Positions 40,144 through 51,015 of a stretch of DNA of 64,000 nucleotides are shown piece by piece. The stretch lies in NCBI GenBank assembly GCA_963794325.1, contig CAWCDG010000004.1, positions 1,056,001 to 1,120,000 on the forward strand, given 5' to 3'. Each line of letters opens with the position of its first letter. Position 1 is the first letter of the stretch. The notes under the pieces are model-generated. The model was given only the letters and a program-made list of their open reading frames with translations. It did not search any database and was not told the origin of the DNA. The position numbers and the translations under genes were made by a program. Source of the DNA: an uncultured delta proteobacterium (GTDB taxonomy: Bacteria; Desulfobacterota; Binatia; Binatales; Binataceae).

Positions 40144-42144
40144 GTGGCCGACAAGGTAATTTACCTGCGCGAAAAGCCGGCAGCGCCGGCCGACGAGCGC
40201 AACTTCAAAATCAAGTATGCCGAGCTGCTGAATCCCGCTCAGCTCGCCGCCGTGACCCATCGCGACGGTCCGCTGCTGGTCGTCGCGGGTGCGGGATCGG
40301 GCAAGACTCGCACGCTGATTTATCGGGTCGCGCGGCTTATCGAGAGCGGCGTTCCACCGGGCGCGATCCTGCTGCTGACGTTCACCCGCCGCGCCGCGCA
40401 GGAGATGTTGCGCCGCGCCGAGCAGCTCGTCGGTGATCGCGCGGGCGCGGTTGCGGGCGGCACGTTCCACTCATTTGCCAACAACGTCCTGCGGCGGCAT
40501 GGCGCGCCGATGGGACTCAAGCCCAACTTCACGATTCTCGATCGCTCCGACATGGAGGACGTCGTCAATCTGCTGCGCTCGCGGATGGGCCTCGCGTCAC
40601 GCGAGCGCCGGTTCCCGAAGAAGAGCACGATTGCCGAGGCGATCAGCATGGCGCGCAACAAGCGCCGCTCGCTCGAAGAGGAAATCGAGCTGGATTTCCC
40701 GCATCTCACGGAGCATCAAACCGAACTGCTCGAACTCGCAAAGAACTATGAGGCCTACAAGCGCGAGCGCGCCCTCCTCGACTACGACGACCTGCTGTAT
40801 CGGCTCGCCGAGCTGCTCGAACAGTACGAAAACGTGCGGCGCCGGCTGTCGGACAGCTATCGCTACATCATGATCGACGAGTACCAGGACACCAACTTGA
40901 TTCAGGCCGACCTGGTGCGCCTGCTCGCGATGAACCATCGCAACGTGATGGCGGTGGGCGACGATGCGCAATCGATCTATTCGTTTCGCGGCGCCAACTT
41001 CCGCAACATCATGGACTTCCCCACGATTTTTTCCGGCGCGAAGGTCGTGAAGCTCGAGCAGAACTACCGATCGATCCAGGGCATCCTCGACGTGGCCAAC
41101 GACGTGATTTCACGCGCCGGCGAAAAATACACCAAGGCGCTGTTCACCGAACGCGAGGGCGGCTTTCGTCCGTTCCTGGTCCGCGCGCAGGACGAACATA
41201 TGCAGTCGCGATTCGTCGCGCAGCGCATCCTCGAGTTGCGCGAGGAGGGCGTCGAGCTGAGCGAGATCGCAGTGCTGTTTCGATCGAGCTTTCACTCCTT
41301 CGATCTCGAACTCGAACTGCAGCGCCGCGACATCCCGTTCATCAAGCGCGGCGGATTCAAGTTTATCGAGACCGCGCACATCAAGGACGTGCTGGCACAT
41401 CTGCGGGTGATCGCGAATCCACAGGACGCCGTTTCGTGGCTGCGCGTGCTGACGCTGGTCAAGGGCATCGGCCATCGCACGGCCGAACGGACGATCGATA
41501 CGCTGGTCGCGACAGATGATCCAGCGGCGGCGATCGCGAAATTTGCTGAAAAGGCGCGTGGCGGCTCTGAGGGCGGCCTCAAACGGCTTGGCACGCTGCT
41601 GGCGGAGTTACGCAGCGGCGAAAAACGTCCGCCTGAGCAAATCGCGATGACGCTCGAATACTATCTGCCCGTGATGCGCGAGGCGTACGCCGACGATTAC
41701 CCCAAGCGCGAGCGCGACCTCGAGCATTTTCAGAACATTACGGAGCGCTACAAGAGTCTCGAGCAGATGCTGGCCGACATGGCGCTTGAGCCGCCCAGCG
41801 ATTCGCTCGACGGCGTGCTCGCAGCCGATTCGGAAGACGAACGCATGACGCTCACGACGATTCATTCCGCCAAGGGACTCGAATGGAAAGTCGTCTTCCT
41901 GATCTGGGCAGCCGACGGACGGTTCCCGGGACCGCAAAGCGTCGGCGACGACGAAATCGAGGAAGAGCGGCGCCTGATGTACGTCGCGAGCACGCGCGCG
42001 CGCGACGAGCTGTACCTGTCCTATCCAATATATATGTTCGACCGCAGCTTCGGTTACGTGATGGGCCGCGTATCGCGATTCCTCGAAGACGTTCCGGCAG
42101 AGCTACTGCAGACCGCTACGCTTCAGGAATCTGAAGAGTCATAA
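40144..42144 (+). CDS. ATP-dependent DNA helicase, UvrD/PcrA/Rep family
   Basis: AGAGSGKT, DEYQDTN, VGDDAQSIYSFRGA, TIHSAKGLEW, EERRLMYVA.TRA. Confidence 0.95.
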   Translation: MADKVIYLREKPAAPADERNFKIKYAELLNPAQLAAVTHRDGPLLVVAGAGSGKTRTLIYRVARLIESGVPPGAILLLTFTRRAAQEMLRRAEQLVGDRAGAVAGGTFHSFANNVLRRHGAPMGLKPNFTILDRSDMEDVVNLLRSRMGLASRERRFPKKSTIAEAISMARNKRRSLEEEIELDFPHLTEHQTELLELAKNYEAYKRERALLDYDDLLYRLAELLEQYENVRRRLSDSYRYIMIDEYQDTNLIQADLVRLLAMNHRNVMAVGDDAQSIYSFRGANFRNIMDFPTIFSGAKVVKLEQNYRSIQGILDVANDVISRAGEKYTKALFTEREGGFRPFLVRAQDEHMQSRFVAQRILELREEGVELSEIAVLFRSSFHSFDLELELQRRDIPFIKRGGFKFIETAHIKDVLAHLRVIANPQDAVSWLRVLTLVKGIGHRTAERTIDTLVATDDPAAAIAKFAEKARGGSEGGLKRLGTLLAELRSGEKRPPEQIAMTLEYYLPVMREAYADDYPKRERDLEHFQNITERYKSLEQMLADMALEPPSDSLDGVLAADSEDERMTLTTIHSAKGLEWKVVFLIWAADGRFPGPQSVGDDEIEEERRLMYVASTRARDELYLSYPIYMFDRSFGYVMGRVSRFLEDVPAELLQTATLQESEES

Positions 42145-42249
42145 GTGAGCGAAACCCCATAGCTGATGATGCTCTGCATCATGCATGAGGCCCAGAACCC
42201 TCCCCTAACCAGGGGCTTCCCCGTGAAGTAACGGGCGAGGGATCAGAGA

Positions 42250-42672
42250 CTATTCGCCGATCACTTTGATCAACACGCGCTTGGGGCGGAGGCCGTCGAA
42301 CTCGCCGTAGAAGATTTGCTCCCACGGGCCGAAGTCGAGCTTGCCGGCCGTGATCGCGACTACCACCTCGCGGCCCATCACCTGGCGTTTGTGATGCGCG
42401 TCGCCGTTGTCCTCGCCGGTGCGATTGTGATGGTACCGCTCGGGGCTCGGGTCGTACGGCGCGAGCCATTCGAGCCATCGCTTGTAATCCTCGTGAAGCC
42501 CGGGCTCGTCGTCGTTGATGAATACCGACGCGGTGATATGCATCGCATTGACGAGGCAAAGCCCCTCGCGCACCCGGCTTTCCTTCACCGCTTTCTCAAC
42601 TTCGCCGGTGATATTCACGAAACCCATCCGCTCCGGCACTTTCATGGTGAGATATTTCGTATGCGACAGCAT
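42250..42672 (-). CDS. YjbQ (UPF0047) family protein
   Basis: [25 protein letters not shown]. Confidence 0.92.
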   Translation of the reverse strand: MLSHTKYLTMKVPERMGFVNITGEVEKAVKESRVREGLCLVNAMHITASVFINDDEPGLHEDYKRWLEWLAPYDPSPERYHHNRTGEDNGDAHHKRQVMGREVVVAITAGKLDFGPWEQIFYGEFDGLRPKRVLIKVIGE

Positions 42673-42759
42673 GAGGGGTAGTCCTCCAAATTCTTCGATT
42701 GAATGGCTTATTTTCCTTCATTTTGGAGAATCTGAGAAATGAAGGAAAAACAGTACGCG

Positions 42760-43392
42760 CTATTGTGAAGGGGTTGCTGCGACCGGTTCGAACTTGGCGT
42801 AGCCGCTCAGGTCCTGGTCTGACGTGGTGTGCATTGGCATTGAGACTTCGCGGAGGACTGGGACCTTTTCGGTGATTGTGCCGGTTGCGGGCGCGTCCTT
42901 TGGAACCGTGATCACTCGGGTGCCGACGAAGCGGACTACCGTTGGGAGCATGCCGCCGGTGTCGGTGTAGTGCGTGTGGGTTGATTCGAACACGGTGTCG
43001 CTTTTGAAGAGTTTCGAGCCGGCGCGGATCAGGTACTCGTTATTCGGGAGCGGGCGGACCAGTGTCGATTGGCTCATCACGTATAGATGTCCGACGGTCG
43101 GGCGCAGGAATCCCGGGTAGAGCGGATTCACCCCGAGCCAGTACGGCATGATGATGGTGCGGCCGGGCTTCCAGTCGGTGAGGCTGACGACTGCTTCGTG
43201 GTCGTTGTTGCCGAGATGGAAATCGCGGCCGGCGAAATCGCGCATGATATCGCGACTCAATGGATCCTCGGGCGGCGTGCTGATTTCACCGACTGGGCCG
43301 AAGTCGAGCGCCTTGTCGGGAGTGCATCCGGCGGCTACCGCGATGATCGCAAGCGCGACTGCCGCGACGATCGTTTTGCAGCGCCGCGTCAT
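42760..43392 (-). CDS. Hypothetical lipoprotein (paralog of 43389..43979)
   Basis: Lipobox AAGC; shared motifs with its neighbour. Confidence 0.7.
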   Translation of the reverse strand: MTRRCKTIVAAVALAIIAVAAGCTPDKALDFGPVGEISTPPEDPLSRDIMRDFAGRDFHLGNNDHEAVVSLTDWKPGRTIIMPYWLGVNPLYPGFLRPTVGHLYVMSQSTLVRPLPNNEYLIRAGSKLFKSDTVFESTHTHYTDTGGMLPTVVRFVGTRVITVPKDAPATGTITEKVPVLREVSMPMHTTSDQDLSGYAKFEPVAATPSQ

Positions 43393-43979
43393 GTGCGGTA
43401 TCTCGCGTAGTTTGCTGGTATATGCCCGCCGAGCGTCCATTTCATCGGCAACGAAACTTCGCGCAGCACCGGGATCTGCACGGTCTTGCCGTCGGCACGT
43501 TTGAATTCGCGCTTGCCGATGTATTGCACGATGGTCGGCAGAATTTTTCCGGTGCCGACATATTGCGTGCGCGTCGTGACGAATACCGTCTCCTGTTTCA
43601 CCAGCGAGCTGCCCGCTTCGATCATCCATTCGCCGGCTGTATCGAGCGGCTTTTCGAGCGTCGCTTCGCTGATGACGTAAAAATCGCCTTCCTTCGGCGC
43701 CATCACGCCGGGCACCAGGATGTTGACGCCGAACCAGAATGGCAGCTTGAGGAATTTGTCCTTGCGCCAATTGAGCGGGCGCACTTCGGCGATTTGATTG
43801 TTGTCACCGAGCGCGAAAGTGCGTCCGCGAAAGTTGAGCTCGACATCCTCTGCGCTGGCGTAAACGCTCGGCGGAGGTTTGAGCGGCGGAGGCTTGGCGC
43901 ATCCCGAAAAAGTCGCGACCACTAATACAAATGCAAACGCGACAACGGCCGCGGTCCGCGCGAAATTTTCAGGCCGCAG
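43389..43979 (-). CDS. Hypothetical lipoprotein (start uncertain)
   Basis: Lipobox-like FSGC; stop overlaps the next gene's ATG. Confidence 0.65.
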   Translation of the reverse strand: MRPENFARTAAVVAFAFVLVVATFSGCAKPPPLKPPPSVYASAEDVELNFRGRTFALGDNNQIAEVRPLNWRKDKFLKLPFWFGVNILVPGVMAPKEGDFYVISEATLEKPLDTAGEWMIEAGSSLVKQETVFVTTRTQYVGTGKILPTIVQYIGKREFKRADGKTVQIPVLREVSLPMKWTLGGHIPANYARYRT

Positions 43980-44922
43980 TTTCGTTGTAGTGCGCGGCAA
44001 TCTTGCGGCCGACCAGTTCGATTTGCTTCGGCCACGCATCGGGTTTCGCGATTGGCCACAGTACAAACTTGTCGAGTCCCTTCGCAACATATTCACTGAG
44101 GCGCGCGATGACATCGTCGGGCGATCCATAAACCGTTCGTTCGAGGTAGGCCTCGGCGCCGCGGCCCATCGCCGTCAGCATCGGGCGCATCTCCTCGAGC
44201 GCCCGCTCGCGTGACGACGAAATGCGGCAGAGCAGAATCAATCCCGATTCGATGTGCGCGTTGGCGCGTCCATAGCCGGCCGCGTAATCGCGAATCTTCG
44301 CCATGCTCGCGCCGAATTCGTCGGGAGTCTGGAACGACGCGAAGAAACCGTCAGCCAGGCGCGCCGCGCGTTTCAGCGCTGCGTCGGAACGGCCGCCAAC
44401 CCAGATATCCATCGTGCCGAAATCGTTATTGGTGCGCGCAATCGGACGCGGCTCGATCGTCACGTTATCAAAGTTGAAGAAGCGACCGTGATAGCTCGCG
44501 ACGCGCTCGCGCCACACCGCGCGCAGCACCTCGATTCCTTCGTCGAGCCGTTTGCCGCGACCCTCGAGCGGAATTCCACACGCCGCGTAGTCGGCGAGAT
44601 TCGCGCCGGTGCCGACCGCCATCACCATCCGGCCGTTCGACAGGTAGTCGAGCGACGCGAACGATTTCGCAACCATCAGCGGGTGGCGCAGGTTGAGCAG
44701 CAGCACGCTGGGCCCGAGTTTCATCCGCGAAGTGCGCGAGGCGAGCAGCGACAGCGTCGCGACCACGTCGAGTTCCGGCGACGGTGCGAGTAGATGATCG
44801 GACAGCCAGAACGAATCGAGGCCCCACTCCTCGGCGCGCTCCGCGACCCGCGCAATGGTTTCCGCCGGCGGCATTCCGAGCCGCCAAAGTCCAAAACCCA
44901 CGCCGATCTTCACGCGTTTCAT
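43969..44922 (-). CDS. LLM class flavin/F420-dependent oxidoreductase
   Basis: DSFWLSDH, LDYLSNGR, IWVGG.S.AALKRAAR. Confidence 0.9.
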   Translation of the reverse strand: MKRVKIGVGFGLWRLGMPPAETIARVAERAEEWGLDSFWLSDHLLAPSPELDVVATLSLLASRTSRMKLGPSVLLLNLRHPLMVAKSFASLDYLSNGRMVMAVGTGANLADYAACGIPLEGRGKRLDEGIEVLRAVWRERVASYHGRFFNFDNVTIEPRPIARTNNDFGTMDIWVGGRSDAALKRAARLADGFFASFQTPDEFGASMAKIRDYAAGYGRANAHIESGLILLCRISSSRERALEEMRPMLTAMGRGAEAYLERTVYGSPDDVIARLSEYVAKGLDKFVLWPIAKPDAWPKQIELVGRKIAAHYNETAA

Positions 44923-44978
44923 CTTGCAATGCCCTCGTTTGCGCGCCTCATCCGATGATAATAGCATAGCTCGCCGCA

Positions 44979-45752
44979 ATGAATCAGAATCCTACAGCAT
45001 CGAATGGTGCGAAGGTGACCGTGACTCTGTTGGGCACCGGAGATGCGTTCGCGAATTTCGGGCGTTCACAAGCTGGTTACCTGATCGACGCGCCCGTGGG
45101 CCGAGTCCTGATGGAAGCGGGCCCCTGTTTGCTGCAGACGCTCAAGAGCCGGGGCGTCTCGACCGACAGCTTCGACTTGCTGCTGATCAGTCATCTGCAC
45201 GGCGACCATTTCGGCGGTCTGCCGTTTCTGATCCTCGACTACATGTGGGAGACGCGTCGTAAGAAGCCTCTGACGATCGCGGGCCCGGCGAAGCTCGAGG
45301 AGCGCACCTGGACGCTGATGCGCACGATGTTCCCGCATTTCGAGCTCGACAAGGTCAAACATAAATTGAAGTTCGTGGTGCTCGAGCCCGGCAGCTCGAC
45401 GCGGCTGGGCAAGTTCAAAGTGAGCGCGATTCGCAGTCCGCACACCAAGCCGGACATTTCGCTGTCCTTAAGAATCGACGGCGGCGGCAAGTCGATAGTT
45501 TTCTCGGGCGACAGCGGATGGAATGATGAGTTGGTGGAGTTCTGCGACGGCGCCGATCTGTTCCTCTGCGAATGCACCTACTTCGAGAGCGCGCAACTGA
45601 ACTTTCACATCAACTACCCGCAGCTCGCTGCGAATCGCGACAAGTTCAAGGTGCGCCGGATGGTGCTGACGCATCTTGGGCGCGAAGTGCTCAGTCGCGA
45701 GGATGAGATCGCGCTCGAAATGGGCTATGACGGTATGAAGATTACGATTTGA
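44979..45752 (+). CDS. MBL-fold metallohydrolase (RNase Z/BN-like)
   Basis: LLGTG, SHLHGDH, SGDS, LTH. Confidence 0.88.
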   Translation: MNQNPTASNGAKVTVTLLGTGDAFANFGRSQAGYLIDAPVGRVLMEAGPCLLQTLKSRGVSTDSFDLLLISHLHGDHFGGLPFLILDYMWETRRKKPLTIAGPAKLEERTWTLMRTMFPHFELDKVKHKLKFVVLEPGSSTRLGKFKVSAIRSPHTKPDISLSLRIDGGGKSIVFSGDSGWNDELVEFCDGADLFLCECTYFESAQLNFHINYPQLAANRDKFKVRRMVLTHLGREVLSREDEIALEMGYDGMKITI

Positions 45753-45785
45753 GCCGCGCGCAACGTCGCAGATAAGGTTACTTAC

Positions 45786-46556
45786 ATGGGCATCGTACAG
45801 GGCAAGCGGGCGTTGGTCGTCGGCGTCGCGAACGACAAGAGCCTGGCGTGGTCGATAGCGCAGACGTTGGCTGCCGAAGGCGCCGAGGTCGCGATGACCT
45901 ACCAGGGCGAGATCCTCGAAAAGCGGGTGCGTCCGCTGGCGGCGCAAATCGAAGCCGACGTAATCGGCGAGCTCGACGTCAACGACGACGCGCAAATCGC
46001 GTCGGTGTTCGCGGCGCTGAAGAAAAAATGGAACGGGCTCGACTTGCTCGTTCACGCGGTCGCATTTGCCGAGCGCGAAGATTTGCGCGATCGATTCCTG
46101 ACCGTGACCCGCGAGAATTTCAAGAAGTCGCTCGAAATAAGCGCCTACTCGCTGGTTGCGCTCGCGCGCGCCGCGGAACCACTGATGGAAGCGGGCGGCG
46201 GCTCGATCCTGACGCTCAGCTATCTCGGCGCGGTCCGCGCGATCCCGAATTACAACATGATGGGTGTGGCGAAGGCGGCTCTGGAAGCCTGTGTGCGCTA
46301 CCTGTCGGTGGACCTTGGAGCCAAAAATATTCGCGTCAACGCGCTCAGCGCCGGCCCCGCGCGCACGCTGTCGTCGTCGGCGATTCGTGATTTCCATTCG
46401 ATGCAGCATGAAGTCGAGGCGCGCTCTCCGCTGCGTCGTGCGATGAAAGTCGAGGAAGTCGGCAAGATGGCGGCCGCCGTCCTGAGCGATTTTTCGAGCG
46501 GCGTCACCGGCCAGACGCTTTACGTCGACGTGGGCTACAATATCGTCGGCGTCTAG
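45786..46556 (+). CDS. fabI: Enoyl-ACP reductase
   Basis: GVANDKSLAW, YNMMGVAKAALE, RVNALSAGP. Confidence 0.95.
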   Translation: MGIVQGKRALVVGVANDKSLAWSIAQTLAAEGAEVAMTYQGEILEKRVRPLAAQIEADVIGELDVNDDAQIASVFAALKKKWNGLDLLVHAVAFAEREDLRDRFLTVTRENFKKSLEISAYSLVALARAAEPLMEAGGGSILTLSYLGAVRAIPNYNMMGVAKAALEACVRYLSVDLGAKNIRVNALSAGPARTLSSSAIRDFHSMQHEVEARSPLRRAMKVEEVGKMAAAVLSDFSSGVTGQTLYVDVGYNIVGV

Positions 46557-46570
46557 CAAGGAGTTCTGCG

Positions 46571-47347
46571 ATGGCCATCATTATCGTCCCGCAGCTATCG
46601 GACAACTACGCGTACCTGGTGATCGACGACGGCAGCAAGGAATGCGCGGTGGTCGATTGCGCTGAGGCCGACAAGGTGATCGCGGCGGCAAAATCAAATG
46701 GCGCGAAAATCGTCGCGGTGCTGACCACGCACTGGCATGGCGATCATTCAGGCGGCAACAACGACATCGCGTCGAAGATACCGGGAATCAAAATCTACGG
46801 CGCGAGCGCGGAAGGCGGAAGAATTCCCGCGCTGACCAATCCGCTGACCGACGGCGACAAACTCCGCATCGGCGCGCTCGAAGGCCGCGTGATCGGAATC
46901 CCGGCGCATACCAACGGCCACGTCGCCTACTATTTCCCGACGCTCAGCGCGGTGTTCACCGGCGACACGATGTTCATCGGCGGATGCGGCCGCGTGTTCG
47001 AGGGCAAAGCCGCGACGATGGTGGCGTCGCTGAAGAAGCTCGCGTCGCTGCCCGACTCGACGCAGGTCTATTGCGGCCACGAGTACACCGAGAAAAATCT
47101 GCGCTTCGCGCTGACCCTCGAGCCGGGGAACGAGGCATTGAAGAAGAAACATGACTGGAGCGTGAAGGCTCTCGCCGAGAACAAGTTCACGGTGCCGTCG
47201 ACCATCGGCGACGAGAAAAAGACCAATCCGTTTCTGCGCGCCGACAGCCCCGAACTGCGCGCGAATCTGAAGAAGCGCGATCCGTCGCTGGACGACGATC
47301 CAATCGCAATCTTCGCCAAAGTCCGCGAGCTGAAAGATCACTTCTAG
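46571..47347 (+). CDS. gloB: Hydroxyacylglutathione hydrolase (glyoxalase II)
   Basis: DNYAYL, THWHGDH, GDTMF.GGCGR, GHEYT, NPFLR. Confidence 0.93.
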   Translation: MAIIIVPQLSDNYAYLVIDDGSKECAVVDCAEADKVIAAAKSNGAKIVAVLTTHWHGDHSGGNNDIASKIPGIKIYGASAEGGRIPALTNPLTDGDKLRIGALEGRVIGIPAHTNGHVAYYFPTLSAVFTGDTMFIGGCGRVFEGKAATMVASLKKLASLPDSTQVYCGHEYTEKNLRFALTLEPGNEALKKKHDWSVKALAENKFTVPSTIGDEKKTNPFLRADSPELRANLKKRDPSLDDDPIAIFAKVRELKDHF

Positions 47348-47520
47348 AATTCTGATTCCCTCGCCGTTGTCGGGAGAGGGTTAGAGCCAGGGAGCTTTTG
47401 CGGCGCGATTGCCTGGCGCGCCGCGAATCCGAGACGCAGTACCATGACCTCGAAGCCACCACTCACTCGTGACGCCGGTATCAGCGGGAAAAGTGGCGCC
47501 AGTCATCAGCGGTTCGTGCC

Positions 47521-47937
47521 CTATGTCGCCGGCCAGATCCCGAGCAAGATGACGACGATGCCGGCCATTGCTGCTGCAAAGGCCAGCGATCGCACCACCG
47601 GGATTCCGAAGGCATAGAGCGGCACGTAGAGGACGCGGCCGCAGAAGTAGAGCTGCGCGCCCCACGCGGTCGTGGCGGTGTGCCGGTCCATCCCGTTGGC
47701 GATAAGCACCAGCGCGGCGAATATCGGAAAGGTCTCGAGATAGTTGCGATAGGCACGCTCGAGGCGCGCGCCGACCTTTCCCACCGGCGCGCCGGACTCG
47801 TCGCGCGCTCCCAGGGCCCAAGGCATGCCCCGCGCGCCGATGCTGAACAGGAATGCGATCATGAGCTGGACGAGGCCGAGCACGGCGCTCGCCCACAACA
47901 TGCGAATTTCCGGCGTTGCGTAATCGAATGAATGCAT
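47521..47937 (-). CDS. MAPEG family membrane protein
   Basis: RLERAYRNYLETFP motif; four TM helices. Confidence 0.85.
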   Translation of the reverse strand: MHSFDYATPEIRMLWASAVLGLVQLMIAFLFSIGARGMPWALGARDESGAPVGKVGARLERAYRNYLETFPIFAALVLIANGMDRHTATTAWGAQLYFCGRVLYVPLYAFGIPVVRSLAFAAAMAGIVVILLGIWPAT

Positions 47938-48069
47938 CACTTCCTCCACCAGGTGCAAAAGAGCAGCGGGCGCTGATATCGCCGCGACGATATGGAGGCG
48001 CCCGAACCGCAAATCACATTGTAGGACGCTTTCGCAGGGGTGGACTATCCATGATAATATCGATGGGCT

Positions 48070-49017
48070 ATGAAGCAGAACTTCACAGTCAGACGCGGCG
48101 CGCTCGACGGTGTACAGGCGTTCCTTAGCGTCGCGCTGCACCGTAGTTTTCGCAAAGCGGCCGCAGACCTCGGGGTAACACCATCGGCCATCAGCCAGGC
48201 AGTACGCGCTCTCGAGGCACACGTCGGCGCCGCCCTTTTCATCCGCACGACGCGCAGTGTCGGCCTGAGCGAAGCCGGCGAACGATTCCTTTCGCGCGCA
48301 AAGCCCGCCTTCGAGGAACTGGTCGCAGCAAGCGAGGTTGCGCGTGACCTTGGGCAGCGTCCAGCTGGACTGTTGCGCCTCACCGTGCCGCGGGCGGTGG
48401 TGCCGATCCTGCTGGAGCCGCTGATCGCATCCTTCTGCCAAGCTAATCCCGAGGTCGAGGTGGAAATCGCAGCGAGTGAGGAACTGGTCGATATCGCGGC
48501 GGGAGGATTTGATGCCGGCGTGCGGCTCGGCCAGTTCATCGCAGCAGACATGGTCGCGGTGCGGCTGACGCCGTCGTTTCCGCTCGTTGTAGTCGGCAGC
48601 CCCGAATATTTACACCGGCGGGGACGGGTCGAGCAGATCGAAGATCTGCGTCACCACGCCTGCTTGCGCATGCGCCGCTCGAACGGGTCGATCGCGCCCT
48701 GGTCCTTTATCAACCGCAACAAGCCGGTTGAGGCGATCGTCTCGGGACCGCTAATCGCCCACGACTTTCCCACCATTCTTGGCGCGGCCGCGGAAGGTAT
48801 GGGGCTCGCGCAGGTACCTGGGCCGATCGCTGATGGACTAGTGACGAGCGGAAAGCTCGCGCGCGTGCTCGAGCGTTTCGCGCCGATGACACCGGGCGTG
48901 TTTCTCTATTATCCCAGCCGCCACCAAATGATGCCGAAGCTGCGAGCCTTCATCGATCACCTGAAGAGCCGCTTGGGCGCCACCAACAAAACCGGAAGTC
49001 ACAAACGCGCGATCTGA
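48070..49017 (+). CDS. LysR family regulator
   Basis: SFRKAAADLGVTPSAISQ...LF.RTTRSV. Confidence 0.95.
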   Translation: MKQNFTVRRGALDGVQAFLSVALHRSFRKAAADLGVTPSAISQAVRALEAHVGAALFIRTTRSVGLSEAGERFLSRAKPAFEELVAASEVARDLGQRPAGLLRLTVPRAVVPILLEPLIASFCQANPEVEVEIAASEELVDIAAGGFDAGVRLGQFIAADMVAVRLTPSFPLVVVGSPEYLHRRGRVEQIEDLRHHACLRMRRSNGSIAPWSFINRNKPVEAIVSGPLIAHDFPTILGAAAEGMGLAQVPGPIADGLVTSGKLARVLERFAPMTPGVFLYYPSRHQMMPKLRAFIDHLKSRLGATNKTGSHKRAI

Positions 49018-49080
49018 CCAACTTGGCGCCATCTCGCGACAATAGGTGAGGGAATCAGAAGCGATGCGCTCGATGCTGGG

Positions 49081-49509
49081 CTAGAAGGGTTTGATCACCG
49101 TCAGCACCAGGATTGCGATCAACAGCGCGCTCACCATCCCGTGGATGACGCGGAACTCGCGGCGCGATGACTGGCTCGGATTGTTCTCGAGGTACTTGAT
49201 CCGGCGATAAAAGCGCACGTGATAGAAAAGCAGGATCGCGACCAACAGCAGCTTCAAGTGGAACCATCCCTGCCGCAACACCGACGGATCCAGGATAGCC
49301 AGCAGAAGTCCGAGCAGGATACTGATGGCGGCGCCGAGGTTGACCGTCGATTCGAACAGACCTCGCGCCGCGCCGAGAAAGCGTTCCTTGGGCAGGCCGA
49401 CTTCTTCGGGCACGCGCGCGAGCAGGCTGGTGATCATCAGCAGCCCGCCCATCCAGAAGATCACGCCAAAAATGTGCAGAGCGAGTACGAAGCCGCGAAC
49501 AAAGTACAT
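49081..49509 (-). CDS. hemJ: HemJ/CopD family membrane protein (protoporphyrinogen oxidase-like)
   Basis: ALHI.GVIFW.GG, W.HLKL..V, C-terminal KPF. Confidence 0.75.
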   Translation of the reverse strand: MYFVRGFVLALHIFGVIFWMGGLLMITSLLARVPEEVGLPKERFLGAARGLFESTVNLGAAISILLGLLLAILDPSVLRQGWFHLKLLLVAILLFYHVRFYRRIKYLENNPSQSSRREFRVIHGMVSALLIAILVLTVIKPF

Positions 49510-49667
49510 CAAATCCCCCGTGCGTCAGATGGCGTGCATCGCGATGCCGCGGCCGCTTGCTTGACTGGTTCGATACTTGGCATTGATTCGAGTACGCCGG
49601 TTGCAGAGAATCTTACGCCAACCGCGCAGTCAAGCGAATCTATCGGAATCCTCACGAGGGCATCAGA

Positions 49668-51002
49668 ATGGCGACTTCCCACGAGGGACAACTCAAGCGC
49701 AAAAAAATCAGCGCCGATGAAGCGGCGGCAAAAGTCAAATCCGGCGACTGGGTCGAGTACGGGTTCGGCCTCGGCCAGCCCGACGTTTTCGATCGCGCGC
49801 TCGCCCAGCATGCGCCAAAGCTCGAGCGCGTCAAGATCCGCGGATGTCTCGCGATGCGGCCGCGCGCGGCGGTCGAGGCCGATCCCGACGAACGTCATCT
49901 CACTTACCTGTCGTGGTATTTCTCCGGCCTCGAACGAAAGATGCACGATCGCGGCCTCGCGCATCATATTCCCATGAACTTCGGCGAGGCGCCCGACAAC
50001 TACCGCCGCTTCATCGAGGTTGACGTTGCCGTGCTGAAGACGGCGCCGATGGACGCGCATGGGTTTTTCAACTTCGGCCCGTCGGTCACCTATCACAAGG
50101 CGATTACCGAAAAGGCGAAGACCCTGATCGTCGAGACGGACGCGAGTGTGCCGTACGTTTTCGGAATCGAGAACGCCGTGCATATAGATGATGTCGAATA
50201 CGTGATCGACGCGGGCGCATCGGAGCTGCCGGAGCTGAAGAATCCCGCGGCAAATGCGGTCGATCAGAAAGTCGCCGAGCTGATCGCGCCGGAGATTCCG
50301 AGCGGCGCATGCGTACAAATAGGAATCGGCGCCATGCCCAATGCGGTCTGCGAGTTGCTCGCAACCGCGCCCATCAAAGACCTCGGCGTGCACACCGAGA
50401 TGTTCGTCGATTCCCTGGTGTCGCTGTTCGAGGCCGGCAAGGTTACCGGCGCGCACAAGGCGACCAATCGATACCAGATGACGTACACCTTCGCGGCGGG
50501 CTCGAAGCGGATGTACGACTTTCTCGACCGCAACGCCGTGTGCTTCGCGGGCCCGGTCGATTACACCAACCTGCCGAATCACATCATGCAGAACGATCGC
50601 GTCATCTCGATCTGCAACGCGGCGCAAATCGATCTCACCGGGCAGGCGTGCTCCGAGTCCGCCGGCATGCGGCAGATAAGCGGCACCGGCGGACAACTGC
50701 AATTCGTGCGCGGCGCGTACGCCTCGCGCGATGGCAAGTCGTTCATATGCCTCGCGTCGACCTACGAGCGCGATGCGCATCGCGCGAGCCGAATCGTCGC
50801 GCGCATCGACGATTGCAATATCGTGACGACGCCGCGCACCGACGTGATGTACGTCGTGACCGAATACGGGATCGTCAATCTAAAAGGCAAATCAGTTCCG
50901 GAGCGGGCGCGCGCGCTGATCTCGATCGCGCATCCTGATTTCCGCGAAGAGCTGGAAGGTCAGGCTCGCGAGTACCGACTTATCTCTCGCGCCATTTTCT
51001 GA
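49668..51002 (+). CDS. Acetyl-CoA hydrolase/transferase (4-hydroxybutyrate CoA-transferase-like)
   Basis: QIGIGAMP, GVHTEM, SGTGGQ, VTEYG, IAHPDFRE. Confidence 0.92.
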   Translation: MATSHEGQLKRKKISADEAAAKVKSGDWVEYGFGLGQPDVFDRALAQHAPKLERVKIRGCLAMRPRAAVEADPDERHLTYLSWYFSGLERKMHDRGLAHHIPMNFGEAPDNYRRFIEVDVAVLKTAPMDAHGFFNFGPSVTYHKAITEKAKTLIVETDASVPYVFGIENAVHIDDVEYVIDAGASELPELKNPAANAVDQKVAELIAPEIPSGACVQIGIGAMPNAVCELLATAPIKDLGVHTEMFVDSLVSLFEAGKVTGAHKATNRYQMTYTFAAGSKRMYDFLDRNAVCFAGPVDYTNLPNHIMQNDRVISICNAAQIDLTGQACSESAGMRQISGTGGQLQFVRGAYASRDGKSFICLASTYERDAHRASRIVARIDDCNIVTTPRTDVMYVVTEYGIVNLKGKSVPERARALISIAHPDFREELEGQAREYRLISRAIF

Positions 51003-51015
51003 GATTCAGCGACAG

